Positions 1 through 10,130 of a DNA stretch of 64,000 nucleotides are shown here, piece by piece; the stretch's first letter is position 1; each line of letters opens with the position of its first letter. A model generated the notes under the pieces. It saw nothing but the letters and a program-made list of their open reading frames with translations, searched no databases and was not told the origin of the DNA. The position numbers were made by a program, and so were the translations under genes. Source of the stretch: an uncultured Acidobacteriaceae bacterium (GTDB taxonomy: Bacteria; Acidobacteriota; Terriglobia; Terriglobales; Acidobacteriaceae); contig CAIWFH010000188.1 of assembly GCA_903911925.1 (NCBI GenBank), forward strand, positions 4,930 through 68,929. Direction: 5' to 3'.

Positions 1-2
1 AT

Positions 3-1151
3 TTGGGAAGAGACCAATTTTGCCAAATGAACAGCCGATTCAAGCTCGTGGAACGGCTGCTCCGCAACTGGGCGGGGCGCGGTGTGCTTGCCATTCTTTT
101 CTGGTCGCTCATCGGGTGTATTTTTTCGTTGAGCATGTTTGCCGTCAGCGGCTGGCGCGGATCGTTGTTCCTTGCACTCGCCCAGTGGTGGTCGTGGGGT
201 CTGATCGCTCCCCTCATCTTTGCCATTGACCGCCGCCTGCCCTTTACGGACAGGCAACTTGCCCGGCGGGTGGGAGCGCATTTGTTGGTCAGCCTTCCGG
301 TAACTGCAACCTACTTCTACTTGTTCACGGCGGCTCGCGCTGCGCTGGGTCTTATTCCCTGGGGCAGTTTGCAGCCCTCAAAAGTATTGGTTCCGGGAAC
401 GCTGGGCTGGTATCTGTGGAGCCTCCTCATCTACTTTGTGATCGTCGGCGCCTTGCAGGCGTACCGGTATTACGAGCGCTTTCTGTCAAGCGAGTTGCGT
501 TTGGAACGGCTGGAAAGGCGGTTCTCAGAGGCTCGGCTGAATGCCCTTCGCATGCAGCTGGATCCGCACTTCCTTTTCAACGCACTGAACACCATTTCTT
601 CGCACGTGGAGCACGATCCAAAGCTGACCCGCACCATGATCGAGCACCTTGGCGACCTGCTGCGCATGTCGCTTGAGACCAAGGATCGGCAAGAAGTTCC
701 CCTGGCCGAGGAGATGGCGTTCCTCGATCACTACCTTGCCATCCAGAAGATTCGGTTTGGAGACAAGTTAAATGTGGAGTTCGACGTGACGGCAGAAGTG
801 AGATATGCCGCGGTGCCGTCTTTAATTATCCAGCCGCTGGTTGAGAATGCGATCCGGCATGGCATCTCGCGCCGCGCCTCTGGCGGAACGGTCACAGTGA
901 CTGCGCGGCGCGTGGAGGACCAACTCGAGATTCGCGTTGAAGACGACGGCGTGGGGCTGCCGTTCGGATGGACGCTGGAGGTTGCCGCAGGGCTGGGGTT
1001 GGCTGTTACCAGGGACCGCATTTCTGGCCTGCATCCGAACGGGGACAGCCTGTTTGAGGTGCGGAGACGCGAGGAAGGCGGGACGGAAGTGAAGATTCGC
1101 CTGCCGCTGCAAGTTGTGAAAGAGGAAAGCTATGCTCGCGCCATCGCATGA
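3..1151 (+). CDS. LytS/YehU-type sensor histidine kinase (start may be ATG at 27 or lie outside the window)
   Basis: N-terminal TM helices; H-box QLDPHFLFNALNTI; N-box QPLVENAIRHG; G-box DDGVG and GLGL. Confidence 0.92.
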   Translation: MGRDQFCQMNSRFKLVERLLRNWAGRGVLAILFWSLIGCIFSLSMFAVSGWRGSLFLALAQWWSWGLIAPLIFAIDRRLPFTDRQLARRVGAHLLVSLPVTATYFYLFTAARAALGLIPWGSLQPSKVLVPGTLGWYLWSLLIYFVIVGALQAYRYYERFLSSELRLERLERRFSEARLNALRMQLDPHFLFNALNTISSHVEHDPKLTRTMIEHLGDLLRMSLETKDRQEVPLAEEMAFLDHYLAIQKIRFGDKLNVEFDVTAEVRYAAVPSLIIQPLVENAIRHGISRRASGGTVTVTARRVEDQLEIRVEDDGVGLPFGWTLEVAAGLGLAVTRDRISGLHPNGDSLFEVRRREEGGTEVKIRLPLQVVKEESYARAIA

Positions 1152-1917
1152 GCGAATTCGCGTTCTGGTGGCGGATGACGAGTCTCCGGCCCGGCGGCGG
1201 ATTATTGACCTGTTGCGGCGGGAATCAAGAATCGACATCGTTCATGAAGCCGCGGACGGTGTGGAAGCGGTTGCGGCCATCCAGGAACACAAGCCGGAGC
1301 TGGTGTTTCTCGACGTGCAAATGCCTGAGTTGGACGGTCTTGGCGTCATCGACGCAGTGGGCTGCGAGCAAATGCCGCTGACCGTGTTTGTGACCGCCTA
1401 CGACCAGCATGCGATCAGGGCGTTTGAGGCCAATGCGCTGGACTACCTGTTGAAGCCCTTCAGCGACGAGCGTTTTGAGGCCGCCATGGCCCGCGCCATT
1501 GCCAGGCTTGACGAGCTCAGCATGCAGGAGTTTGGGCAGCGGATGATGAAAATGGTCTCGGCCGTGCCGGCAGCCGACCGCCGGTGGGACCGCCTGGTGG
1601 TCAAGTCTGGCGGCGCCACTCGGTTCGTTCGAGTGGGGGATATTGACTGGATTGAAGCAGCCGGGGTGTATGTAACCTTGCACGTTGCCGGCAAGGAACT
1701 GCTGTACCGGGCCGCCCTCAACGATCTGGCGGAGAGGCTCGACCCGCGTAAATTCGTCCGCGTGCATCGCTCCGCTATCGTCAACATCGAGAGCATTCTC
1801 CACCTGGAGCCGATCTCGCATGGCGAATTTGACGTGGTCCTGAAGAAGGGATCGCGAACGCGGGTAAGCCGGACTTACCGCGCGCAGTTGGAAGAGCGGC
1901 TCGGCCAACCGCTTTAG
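1132..1917 (+). CDS. LytTR-family response regulator
   Basis: Receiver ADDE...FLDVQMP...FVTAYD...LLKP plus LytTR FVRVHRSAIVN; overlaps the kinase stop. Confidence 0.95.
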   Translation: MLAPSHERIRVLVADDESPARRRIIDLLRRESRIDIVHEAADGVEAVAAIQEHKPELVFLDVQMPELDGLGVIDAVGCEQMPLTVFVTAYDQHAIRAFEANALDYLLKPFSDERFEAAMARAIARLDELSMQEFGQRMMKMVSAVPAADRRWDRLVVKSGGATRFVRVGDIDWIEAAGVYVTLHVAGKELLYRAALNDLAERLDPRKFVRVHRSAIVNIESILHLEPISHGEFDVVLKKGSRTRVSRTYRAQLEERLGQPL

Positions 1918-2120
1918 TTTCAATTTGGATAGGTTCCAAATGGCTCACGATACTTAAAAGCCGTGCTCGCAAGCGTTTCAAGGGTACAATGGAGTCAGGC
2001 CTGAGATATTAATTCAGCATCCAAAGATTTAGAGAAGCCTGCTCGGCTCCAGCCTTTCCCGCCGCTACAGACGAGCCCTGTACCCCACGCAACAATTACC
2101 GCGTTGACCGGAGTCTCGTT

Positions 2121-2345
2121 ATGCGTTCCAACCAGATCCACAAGGCACTCGCACAGGGCATGAACCGCTTTGAAGTCTGCCAGTTAGTCGCCAAGGGCGT
2201 CAAGGCAACACACAAGACGGGTTCGCGTTTTGAAGATTCAATCAATGATGTTCTGCAGTATCTGGGCACCCATGAAACACCCAAGGAAAGCCTTCATCCC
2301 GCCAGCCCCCAAGTCAGCGTGAAGAGCCTCAAGCCCGCCGCGTAG
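2121..2345 (+). CDS. small hypothetical protein
   Basis: 74 aa ATG ORF filling an otherwise empty gap; no recognised motif. Confidence 0.4.
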   Translation: MRSNQIHKALAQGMNRFEVCQLVAKGVKATHKTGSRFEDSINDVLQYLGTHETPKESLHPASPQVSVKSLKPAA

Positions 2346-2377
2346 AAAAACAGTGGTTCGTAGTTAGTGATTTGAGG

Positions 2378-2722
2378 TCAGAGGCGGTCGGCGCGGTGGC
2401 CGCCAAATGCGTGGATAGTTCTGGTTCCGGCAAGAACTTCTCCGCTGTGCGGCACCCCACCGGGGATCAAATATTCTTCCCCAGCCTCCACCGGAATCCG
2501 CTTTCCGTCGATGATCAAGGTAAAGCAACCCTGGACAACCAGCATGTATTCGTCGTAAGCGTGAACATGCGCTGACGATGCTGCTGTTTTGCGGCAGGTC
2601 CAGAAGGCCATCTGGCTATCGTCCTTGCCGTTAAAGACATAACCCTCAACGCCTGGGGTCGCCTGATCGCTCGGGGCAATCCGATTTGCAGGGTGTTTCA
2701 TGAATTCCGGGAAGTCGTCCAT
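2378..2722 (-). CDS. cupin-domain protein
   Basis: Cupin motifs HVHAYDEYMLVVQG and IPGGVPH; start moved to ATG at 2722. Confidence 0.85.
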   Translation of the reverse strand: MDDFPEFMKHPANRIAPSDQATPGVEGYVFNGKDDSQMAFWTCRKTAASSAHVHAYDEYMLVVQGCFTLIIDGKRIPVEAGEEYLIPGGVPHSGEVLAGTRTIHAFGGHRADRL

Positions 2723-2748
2723 GGCGCGGAATTCCCTCAAACGTACAG

Positions 2749-2774
2749 GAGGGGCGGCTGGTTAGCCGTCCCTC
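2749..2774. terminator. GC-rich hairpin downstream of csp gene
   Basis: gaggggcggct-ggtt-agccgtccctc stem-loop 40 bp after the csp stop. Confidence 0.55.
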
Positions 2775-2815
2775 TTGTTTGAATCCGAAATCGGTACTTC
2801 GGGGAATTAGAACCC

Positions 2816-3016
2816 TTAGACGACCTGGACGTTCTCAGCCTGCCAGCCCTTGGGACCCTTGGTTACGTTGAACTGGACGCGCTGGCCCTCTTGCAGTGAA
2901 CGGAAGCCGTTCGACTGGATGGCGGTGTGATGAACGAAGACGTCTTCGCCGTTTTCGCGGCTAAGAAATCCAAAACCCTTGGCGTCATTAAACCACTTGA
3001 CTGTGCCTTGCTCCAT
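2816..3016 (-). CDS. cspA: cold-shock protein (CspA family)
   Basis: RNP1 KGFGFL, RNP2 VFVH, 66 aa. Confidence 0.97.
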   Translation of the reverse strand: MEQGTVKWFNDAKGFGFLSRENGEDVFVHHTAIQSNGFRSLQEGQRVQFNVTKGPKGWQAENVQVV

Positions 3017-3302
3017 GATGTGTTACTCCTCTTTACTGATTTACCGCGAACGCAATGTGGAAGTGTTGCGAGTAGGCGGTAACCAGAACAGGCAAGGACT
3101 TCAGATCGAATTCTACGATTGAATAGAGTCTAGCACGGATTGACAAATAAACCTAGCAAGTACCCTTCTTTGACAACAGGTTGTCCGCAATCTGCCAGAT
3201 AAGGACTCAGGTCATTCTGCTCCCGAACCGTCAAATCTGCGTCCTGGCGTTCCCCGCGTCGGGCTCGGGAGGTAAACTCAATCTCGCACGGAGGGGCAGT
3301 CT

Positions 3303-4451
3303 TTGAGCCACGAAAGCGACCGCGTCCTGGTGATCAACCCCGGATCGACCTCGACCAAGTTCGGCATTTACACCAGGCACGGCGCCGAGCTGGAGCAAAC
3401 CATCCTGCATGGGGATGAGGAACTGGAGCGATTCAAAGGCCGGCCCATGGTGGCGCGCCTGGACTATCGCGCCGCTTTGATCGAGAAGGCCCTGGAAGCT
3501 GCCGGGTTCGCCGGTGGCGCTGGACAGTTTGCCGCCGTGGCCGGACGGGGCGGGATGCTGCCGTCCGTTCCCTGCGGAACCTACCTTGTAGATGACGCCA
3601 TGGTGGACGAACTGCACGTGGCGCGGAAGGGGGAGCACGCCTCAAACCTGGGCGCGCTGCTGGCGCTGAAGTTTGCGCATGCCGGCGGCGTAAATGCGTA
3701 CATCGTTGACCCGGTGACGGTGGACGAGTGGCAGCCGGTGGCTCGCGTTACCGGCTCACCGCTGGTTGGGCGCACCTCCATCGGCCACGCGCTCAACACC
3801 AAGGCGGTGGCCAAGCGGTTTGCGCAGGAGCAGGACCGGCCTTACGATGCGCTGCGGTTGATTGTGGCGCACATGGGGAGCGGCATCACCGTCTCCGCGC
3901 ATGAGGGCGGAAGAACCATCGACAGCAACACCATTGAGGAAGGCCCCTTTGGCCCCGACCGAACGGGCGGGTTGCCGGTTCGCAAACTGATCAAGCTTTG
4001 CTTCAGCGGGATGTATAACGAAAAGCAGCTTGACCGGATGGTCTTTGGCGAGGGCGGCCTGTTTGCCTACCTGGGAACGCGCGATCTGCGCGAGGTGGAG
4101 CGCCGCATGGATTTGGGAGACGCCGAGGCTGCGCTGATCTTTGAAGCCATGGTCTACCAGATAGCCAAGGAGGCCGGGGCCATGGCGGTGGTGCTCAGCG
4201 GGCAGGTGGATGCACTGCTGCTGACCGGCGGAATGGCCCACTCCGAACGCGTGGTGAGCCGGCTACGCGAGCGGCTGGAGTGGATCGCACCCCTTCGCAT
4301 CTATCCCGGCGAGAACGAATTGCAGGCGCTGGCTGAAGGTGTTTTTCGCGTGCTGGATGGCGTGGAGCGGGCCAAGCGCCTGCGCGAGGAAGAAGGCGTT
4401 CCGGCGGAGGCGATGGCCACCAGGGGACGGCTGGTGATTGGGCTGGAGTAA
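3303..4451 (+). CDS. buk: butyrate kinase
   Basis: LVINPGSTSTK, GRGG, HASNLG, HALN, VAHMGSGITV and LTGGMAH motifs of the acetate/butyrate kinase family. Confidence 0.95.
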   Translation: MSHESDRVLVINPGSTSTKFGIYTRHGAELEQTILHGDEELERFKGRPMVARLDYRAALIEKALEAAGFAGGAGQFAAVAGRGGMLPSVPCGTYLVDDAMVDELHVARKGEHASNLGALLALKFAHAGGVNAYIVDPVTVDEWQPVARVTGSPLVGRTSIGHALNTKAVAKRFAQEQDRPYDALRLIVAHMGSGITVSAHEGGRTIDSNTIEEGPFGPDRTGGLPVRKLIKLCFSGMYNEKQLDRMVFGEGGLFAYLGTRDLREVERRMDLGDAEAALIFEAMVYQIAKEAGAMAVVLSGQVDALLLTGGMAHSERVVSRLRERLEWIAPLRIYPGENELQALAEGVFRVLDGVERAKRLREEEGVPAEAMATRGRLVIGLE

Positions 4452-4472
4452 GGGGCGAACCTCCGCCGGGTT

Positions 4473-5012
4473 TCAGGCCGCGGAACTGTGGCCGGCGCAT
4501 TGCATCACGCCGAGGTACTTGGCCCACGGGCCCACGGTCTCGCGATACTGATGGGCCATGACTCTAGTTAGCTGGTGCAGGTGCGTGAGGTCGTGTGCGG
4601 CCCAGGCGCCCAGCAACTGGGAGAGCGTGACCACTCCAAGCGAAGGGTGCCGGCCGCGCCGATTGAGATCCTGCTCCTCAAGATTTATCGCCCGCAGTTC
4701 GACCAGACTGGCCGAACGCAGGAGGGCAAATTCATCCAACAGTGCGCCCAGCGGCTTGCCGTCGCTCTGATTTCCTGAGCGATCAAGCGGATCGAAGGTA
4801 CGCGCTTCGCCATGCTGGAGCACGATCTTTGCTCTTGGCATCCAGTCAACGCGCTCGCAGTGGATGAGATGAGCCACGATCTCGAAGGCGTTCCAGGTGC
4901 CCTCACCCTCGTTGCGCCGCGCCCAGAACTCAGGCAAACCGCGCAGAAGTGCATTGAAAGCCGCCGGAGTGCGTTCAAGAAGCGCGAGTGTGTTTTCTAG
5001 GTTCTGTTCCAT
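4473..5012 (-). CDS. DinB/YfiT-like putative metal-dependent protein
   Basis: WNAFEIVAHL...W and WAAHDLTHLHQL His triad; RBS ggaggg before ATG 5012. Confidence 0.85.
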   Translation of the reverse strand: MEQNLENTLALLERTPAAFNALLRGLPEFWARRNEGEGTWNAFEIVAHLIHCERVDWMPRAKIVLQHGEARTFDPLDRSGNQSDGKPLGALLDEFALLRSASLVELRAINLEEQDLNRRGRHPSLGVVTLSQLLGAWAAHDLTHLHQLTRVMAHQYRETVGPWAKYLGVMQCAGHSSAA

Positions 5013-5210
5013 TTGTCCCTCCGTTCGCCGCAAGCCGATTCAGCCAGGAAGTTGATTTTACCGGGCCGCTGCTCAATGCGTCAGGATGTAAGCAATATCC
5101 CGATTGGAAACATCCGGGGATTGCCCACGCAAACCCAGCCCTCAAGGCGATATCATGGGAGCGCTCTCTGAGACATCCGCAATTCCAGTTTGAAAATGGG
5201 GGAATCTTTT

Positions 5211-7289
5211 ATGCAGCGTCGCACCTTGCTCCGCAATTCGGCATTGACTCTGGGTGGCGCAATACTGGCCAAATCGCTTCCTGTCAGGGCGCTCGATGCG
5301 CAAAAGCCAGACCCATCCGTCAAGCGGGTTCTGGCCATGTACAAGTGCCACTTCGACGCGGGGTTTATTGATACGCAGACCGCCGTGGTGCATCGCTATA
5401 TGAACGAGTATTTTCCCCACGCGATTGAACTGACCGAGAAGTCGCGCCAGCCGGGCGCGAATCGCTACGTGTGGACCACGGGCGCGTGGCTGCTCTACGA
5501 ATACCTGGAACAGGCGTCCGCTGCCGACCGCGCGCGCATGGAGCAGGCGATTGCGAAGGGCGACATCGCGTGGCATGCGCTGCCGTTTACGTGGCAGAGC
5601 GAGATGATGGATCCCTCCATGATTTCGGCTGCCGTCTGCATTTCGAAGTCTCTTGACCGGCGTTTTGGCCGGACCACCACAGGGGCCAAGATGACCGACG
5701 TTCCCGGACATACGCGGGGGCTTATCGCGCCCATCACTTCGCAGGGCGTCAAGCTGCTGCACGTTGGCGTCAACGGCGGATCGACCACGCCGGATGTGCC
5801 GGCGCTTTTTGTCTGGAAAGACACGCGCGGCAAATCGATCATGATGATGTACCACCACGACTACGGCGGCGTTACGCGCATTCCTGGGTCCGACTTGGCA
5901 ATTTCGATTAACGTGCGCACGGACAACAGCGGCCCGCACCCGGCAGATGAAGTGGAAGACATCTACGAGGATCTGCACAAGCAATTTCCGAACGCTGAGA
6001 TTGTTGCCACCAACCTGACTGAAATCGCCAATGCTGTTGAGCCTTACCGCACGAATTTCCCGGTGATTACACAAGAAATTGGCGACACATGGATTCACGG
6101 CTGCCCCAGCGACCCTCTGAAGGTGGCGCATTACCGCGAGATCGCCCGGCGGCGGCTTGCCTGGATTGCTCAGGGCAAAATCAAGAGCGGCGACGCGACG
6201 GATATCGCGCTGCTGCGCCATGTGCTGCTGGCTCCCGAACATACCTGGGGAACCGACACCAAGACATGGCTCGATTTTGACCACTACACTCCGCACGATC
6301 TGGCCCTCTGCATCTACGCCAGGAACTACACGACCGCCGAGTTCAGTTGGCAGGAGAAGCGCCAGGACCTGATCGACGGGCTGGCCACACTACCCAAGCC
6401 GCTGCATGTTGAAGTGCATGACGCGCTGCGCGCGCTCGATCCGGTTGAGCCGAAGCTGATGGGCGCACACGCGGCGGAGGGCGAAATCGATACAACGCAC
6501 TTTGCGCTGGCGTTCGATTCGAAGACCGGAGCCATCCGCGGCCTGCGCAACAAAAAGACCGGCATAGAGTGGGCCTCACCCGATCACCCGCTGGCGCTGT
6601 TCACCTACCAGACCTATTCGCAGGCCGACTATCAGAAGCTGATTCACGACTACGGGACGATTCAGGCGGATTGGTTTCAGATGGATTTCGGGAAGCCGAA
6701 CATCGAGAGATTCGGCGCGGAGAGCAGGGAATGGCATCCGAGGCTGGCCGGGCTTGAAGTCTCGCAGGATGCCGAGGGCCATCGCATCCTGGCGCGGCTT
6801 GAAATCACGGACGCGGAAGCAAGCAAGGCGGGTCGCGTCTCGTTCCCGCAGAAGCTATATTTGCAACTCACGTTGCCCGCATCTGAACCAGTGATTCACC
6901 TTGAGCTTTCGTGGTTTGACAAGCGGGCTACGCGCCTGCCGGAGGCATTGTGGCTCAGCTTCAATCCCAAGGTGGGCGATCCAAAAGGCTGGATGATGGA
7001 CAAGTCCGGCGAGCAGGTTTCGCCGCTGGATGTTGTCACCGGCGGCAATCGATGCCTGCACGCCGTCAACACGGGGTTCAGCTACAAAGACGCGAGCAGC
7101 GCCTTCGCTGTCGAGTGCATTGATGCGCCGGTGATCCAGTTTGGGGAGAGAAACACGCTCCGGTTCACTCGCGCACAGCCGGACCTCTCCCTCGGCGTCC
7201 ACTGCAATCTCTACAACAACTGCTGGGGGACGAACTACATCATGTGGTTTGGCGAGGATATGCGGTTCCGGTATACGCTTCGCGCCTGA
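5211..7289 (+). CDS. Tat-exported glycoside hydrolase-like protein (DUF5054-type, GH38/GH57-like N-terminal barrel)
   Basis: Twin-Arg signal MQRRTLL...VRA; HFDAGF metal motif; DVPGHT; EIGDTWIHG; EHTWG. Confidence 0.75.
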   Translation: MQRRTLLRNSALTLGGAILAKSLPVRALDAQKPDPSVKRVLAMYKCHFDAGFIDTQTAVVHRYMNEYFPHAIELTEKSRQPGANRYVWTTGAWLLYEYLEQASAADRARMEQAIAKGDIAWHALPFTWQSEMMDPSMISAAVCISKSLDRRFGRTTTGAKMTDVPGHTRGLIAPITSQGVKLLHVGVNGGSTTPDVPALFVWKDTRGKSIMMMYHHDYGGVTRIPGSDLAISINVRTDNSGPHPADEVEDIYEDLHKQFPNAEIVATNLTEIANAVEPYRTNFPVITQEIGDTWIHGCPSDPLKVAHYREIARRRLAWIAQGKIKSGDATDIALLRHVLLAPEHTWGTDTKTWLDFDHYTPHDLALCIYARNYTTAEFSWQEKRQDLIDGLATLPKPLHVEVHDALRALDPVEPKLMGAHAAEGEIDTTHFALAFDSKTGAIRGLRNKKTGIEWASPDHPLALFTYQTYSQADYQKLIHDYGTIQADWFQMDFGKPNIERFGAESREWHPRLAGLEVSQDAEGHRILARLEITDAEASKAGRVSFPQKLYLQLTLPASEPVIHLELSWFDKRATRLPEALWLSFNPKVGDPKGWMMDKSGEQVSPLDVVTGGNRCLHAVNTGFSYKDASSAFAVECIDAPVIQFGERNTLRFTRAQPDLSLGVHCNLYNNCWGTNYIMWFGEDMRFRYTLRA

Positions 7290-7341
7290 GCGGCCCCAGT
7301 TGGAAGTCCAGGGGCCGATGCACCTTCGGGTGTGTCGGCCT

Positions 7342-10044
7342 TTAGATTTTTTCGAGGTTGGCGAACTTTTCCATCAGCTTTTTCATCCCGTGGCGAGAGA
7401 ACATCACGGTGAGCTTGGCGTCTTCGCCTTCGCCCTCGCGCATGAGGACGGTGCCTTCGCCGTACTTCGAGTGGCGAACGCGCGCGCCTTTTTTCAGGCC
7501 GGCTGCGCCGCTTGACTCGGGAAGATCCATTGCCGGACGAGCCAAGGCGCCGAACTTGACGGCTCCGCCCTTGCCGCCGAAGAAGCGCGCAATGTTGTCA
7601 ATCGACCCGGCCTCCGGGGCTTTGCTTCTTGGAGTTGAGTCGCGGCCCGATGCGGCAGCCCGCGGAATCTCCTGGCTTTCGTCTTCGTAGTTGTAGTGCT
7701 TGTCGGCGAATTCGCCGGAGTGCGCCGGGCGTCGGCCTGCGCCGAAGCTGGATCCATACGCCGGAGTCGCCCATGCGGGGCTGCGGCCGCCAAGATGCTC
7801 GATCAACTGGCTCGGCACCTCTTCAAGAAAACGCGAAGGAACGCTCTGCTCCGGTGCGTCGTTGCCGTAGCGGCGACGATAATGCGCGCGGGTCAGAATC
7901 AGCGAGTTCATGGCGCGGGTCATGCCGACGTAACAGAGGCGGCGCTCTTCCTCAAGTTCCTCGGGGTTGTTGAGCGTGCGCGAGTGCGGGAATAGGCCTT
8001 CTTCAAGGCCGGCAAGAAAGACCAGCGGAAACTCCAGGCCCTTGGCGGCATGCAAGGTCATCAGCGTAACGCGGGAGTCGGGGTCGAACTGGTCGGTGTC
8101 AGAGGCCAGTGCCGCGTGATCGAGAAATTCGGCCAGTGTTTCGCCGCGGGCTTCGGCGTCGTGGGCGGCGTTGGCCAATTCCTTCAGGTTTTCAATGCGG
8201 CTGAAGGCCTCCGGCGAGCCTTCCACTTCAAGAGCCTTGATGTAGCCGGTGCGGTCAATGATGAACTTGATCAGTTCGGGAAGCGTGGCGGCATCGCCCA
8301 GCGCGCGGAACGCCGGCTTCTCCTCTGCGGCCTCTTCCTGTTCGCTCTCCGATTCAGCGCCTGCTTTCGTTTTCGGCATGACGAGGAACGGCCGTCTGGG
8401 CGCTTCAGCAAAGGGCGAGAAGCTGCTGGCGTCGAGCAGTTGCATCTGGTCTTCATGCTCGCTGCCGAAGTCGAAGCTGGCAGCTGACTCGGCGCTGGCT
8501 GAGTCGGGCGATGCGGCGCCAAATCCGAAGCCGGTGTCGGCGTCGTCGGCTTCGGTCTCGGCTATGTCCGCAGAAAGCTTGCCGGCAAAGTCTGGGTCCA
8601 TCATGGCCTGTGCGTCGAGAATGAGTTGGCGAAATCCCTCGATGGCCGTCAGCGCGCGGTTGGGGATGAGGCGGTTTTGGACGGCAGCGGCAGTCGCGTC
8701 CCAGGTGGACGAGCCGGTTTCAAGCGCCAGCCGCTCCAGTGTTTCCAGGGTCGTTTTGCCGATGCCGCGCGTCGGCGTATTGATGACCCGCTGCAAGGCC
8801 ACGGAGTCGTGCGGGTTGCGGATCAAGCGCAGGTAGCAGAGCATGTCCTTGATTTCGGCGCGCTCGTAAAAACTGAAGCCGCCCACCATGGTGTAGCTGA
8901 TGTTATAGCGGCGCAGCGCCTCCTCAACCAGGCGGGACTGGGAGTTGGTGCGATAGAGCACCGCACAATGGGCCTCGGCCGAGTTGGGGCTTGATTCGGC
9001 CTCGCGCAGAAACTTCTGAATCTTGTCGGCGATAAAAAGCGCTTCATTTTCGCCGTCGGGGGCCTCGTAGTAGCCCACCAGGCTTCCGCCCTGGCGATCG
9101 GTCCACAGCTTCTTGCCCTTGCGGCGAAGATTGTTGGCAACTACCGCTCCCGCGGCTTCGAGAATCACCTGTGTCGAACGGTAGTTCTGCTCCAGCCGCA
9201 CGATTTTGGCGTTGGGAAAGTCCTTTTCAAACTCAAGGATGTTGCGGATGTCCGCGCCGCGCCAGGAGTAGATGCTCTGGTCCTCGTCGCCAACGGCGCA
9301 CACATTTTTCGCTTCCCCGGCTAGCAGTTTCATCAGTTCGTACTGGGGGCGGTTGGTGTCCTGATACTCGTCAACCAGCAAATAGCGGTAGCGGCGCTGA
9401 TAGCGCTCGCGCACTTCAGCGGAGACTTTGAGCAGGCGGACCGCCTCAAGCAGCAGATCGTCAAAATCGAGAGCGTTGTTCTTGCGCAGTTCGGCTTTAT
9501 AGCCCTGGTAGATGTGGGCGATGCGTTCGCTGTTGGGGTCCTTGGAGCTGAGGTAATACTCCTGGGGATCGACCATGTGATTCTTGGCCCAACTGATCTT
9601 GCCCAGCACGGTGCGCGGCGTAAGTTGTTTGGTGTCAAGCCCCATGCGGCGCATGATCTGCTTGACGATTGCCTGCTGGTCGTTCTCGTCGAAAATCGCA
9701 AAAGAGCGCGTAAGGCCCTCGTTGCCAACCTTCAGCGCCTCGATGTCGCGCCTGAGCATGCGCACGCACATGGAGTGGAAGGTGGCGATCAGCGGCTTGG
9801 CAATCGACGAGTGGTCCATCAGCCGGTCAACGCGCTCGCCCATCTCCTTGGCGGCCTTGTTGGTAAAGGTGACGGCGAGGATGGAGTCCGGCGCGACCCC
9901 CTTCTCGCGGATAAGCCAGGCGATGCGACTTGTGATGACGCGGGTTTTGCCTGACCCGGCTCCGGCAAGGATAAGCAGGGGGCCTTCAGTGGCCTCGACG
10001 GCGGCGCGCTGTTCGGGATTCAAATTGGAGATTTGCGGCTGCAC
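7342..10044 (-). CDS. pcrA: UvrD/PcrA-family SF1 DNA helicase
   Basis: Walker A AGAGSGKT, VDEYQD, VGDEDQSIY, LEQNYRS, MTLHAAKGLEF, EERRLCYVGMTRA, C-terminal Tudor-like RVRHSKYGEG. Confidence 0.96.
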   Translation of the reverse strand: MQPQISNLNPEQRAAVEATEGPLLILAGAGSGKTRVITSRIAWLIREKGVAPDSILAVTFTNKAAKEMGERVDRLMDHSSIAKPLIATFHSMCVRMLRRDIEALKVGNEGLTRSFAIFDENDQQAIVKQIMRRMGLDTKQLTPRTVLGKISWAKNHMVDPQEYYLSSKDPNSERIAHIYQGYKAELRKNNALDFDDLLLEAVRLLKVSAEVRERYQRRYRYLLVDEYQDTNRPQYELMKLLAGEAKNVCAVGDEDQSIYSWRGADIRNILEFEKDFPNAKIVRLEQNYRSTQVILEAAGAVVANNLRRKGKKLWTDRQGGSLVGYYEAPDGENEALFIADKIQKFLREAESSPNSAEAHCAVLYRTNSQSRLVEEALRRYNISYTMVGGFSFYERAEIKDMLCYLRLIRNPHDSVALQRVINTPTRGIGKTTLETLERLALETGSSTWDATAAAVQNRLIPNRALTAIEGFRQLILDAQAMMDPDFAGKLSADIAETEADDADTGFGFGAASPDSASAESAASFDFGSEHEDQMQLLDASSFSPFAEAPRRPFLVMPKTKAGAESESEQEEAAEEKPAFRALGDAATLPELIKFIIDRTGYIKALEVEGSPEAFSRIENLKELANAAHDAEARGETLAEFLDHAALASDTDQFDPDSRVTLMTLHAAKGLEFPLVFLAGLEEGLFPHSRTLNNPEELEEERRLCYVGMTRAMNSLILTRAHYRRRYGNDAPEQSVPSRFLEEVPSQLIEHLGGRSPAWATPAYGSSFGAGRRPAHSGEFADKHYNYEDESQEIPRAAASGRDSTPRSKAPEAGSIDNIARFFGGKGGAVKFGALARPAMDLPESSGAAGLKKGARVRHSKYGEGTVLMREGEGEDAKLTVMFSRHGMKKLMEKFANLEKI

Positions 10045-10130
10045 GGCGAGGTCCAGGCGGGAAGGGTCCTTGGACTAGTGTACCGTTCCCGGATACATCG
10101 CATCAGGCCGCGCGCTATCCTGAAGAGACA

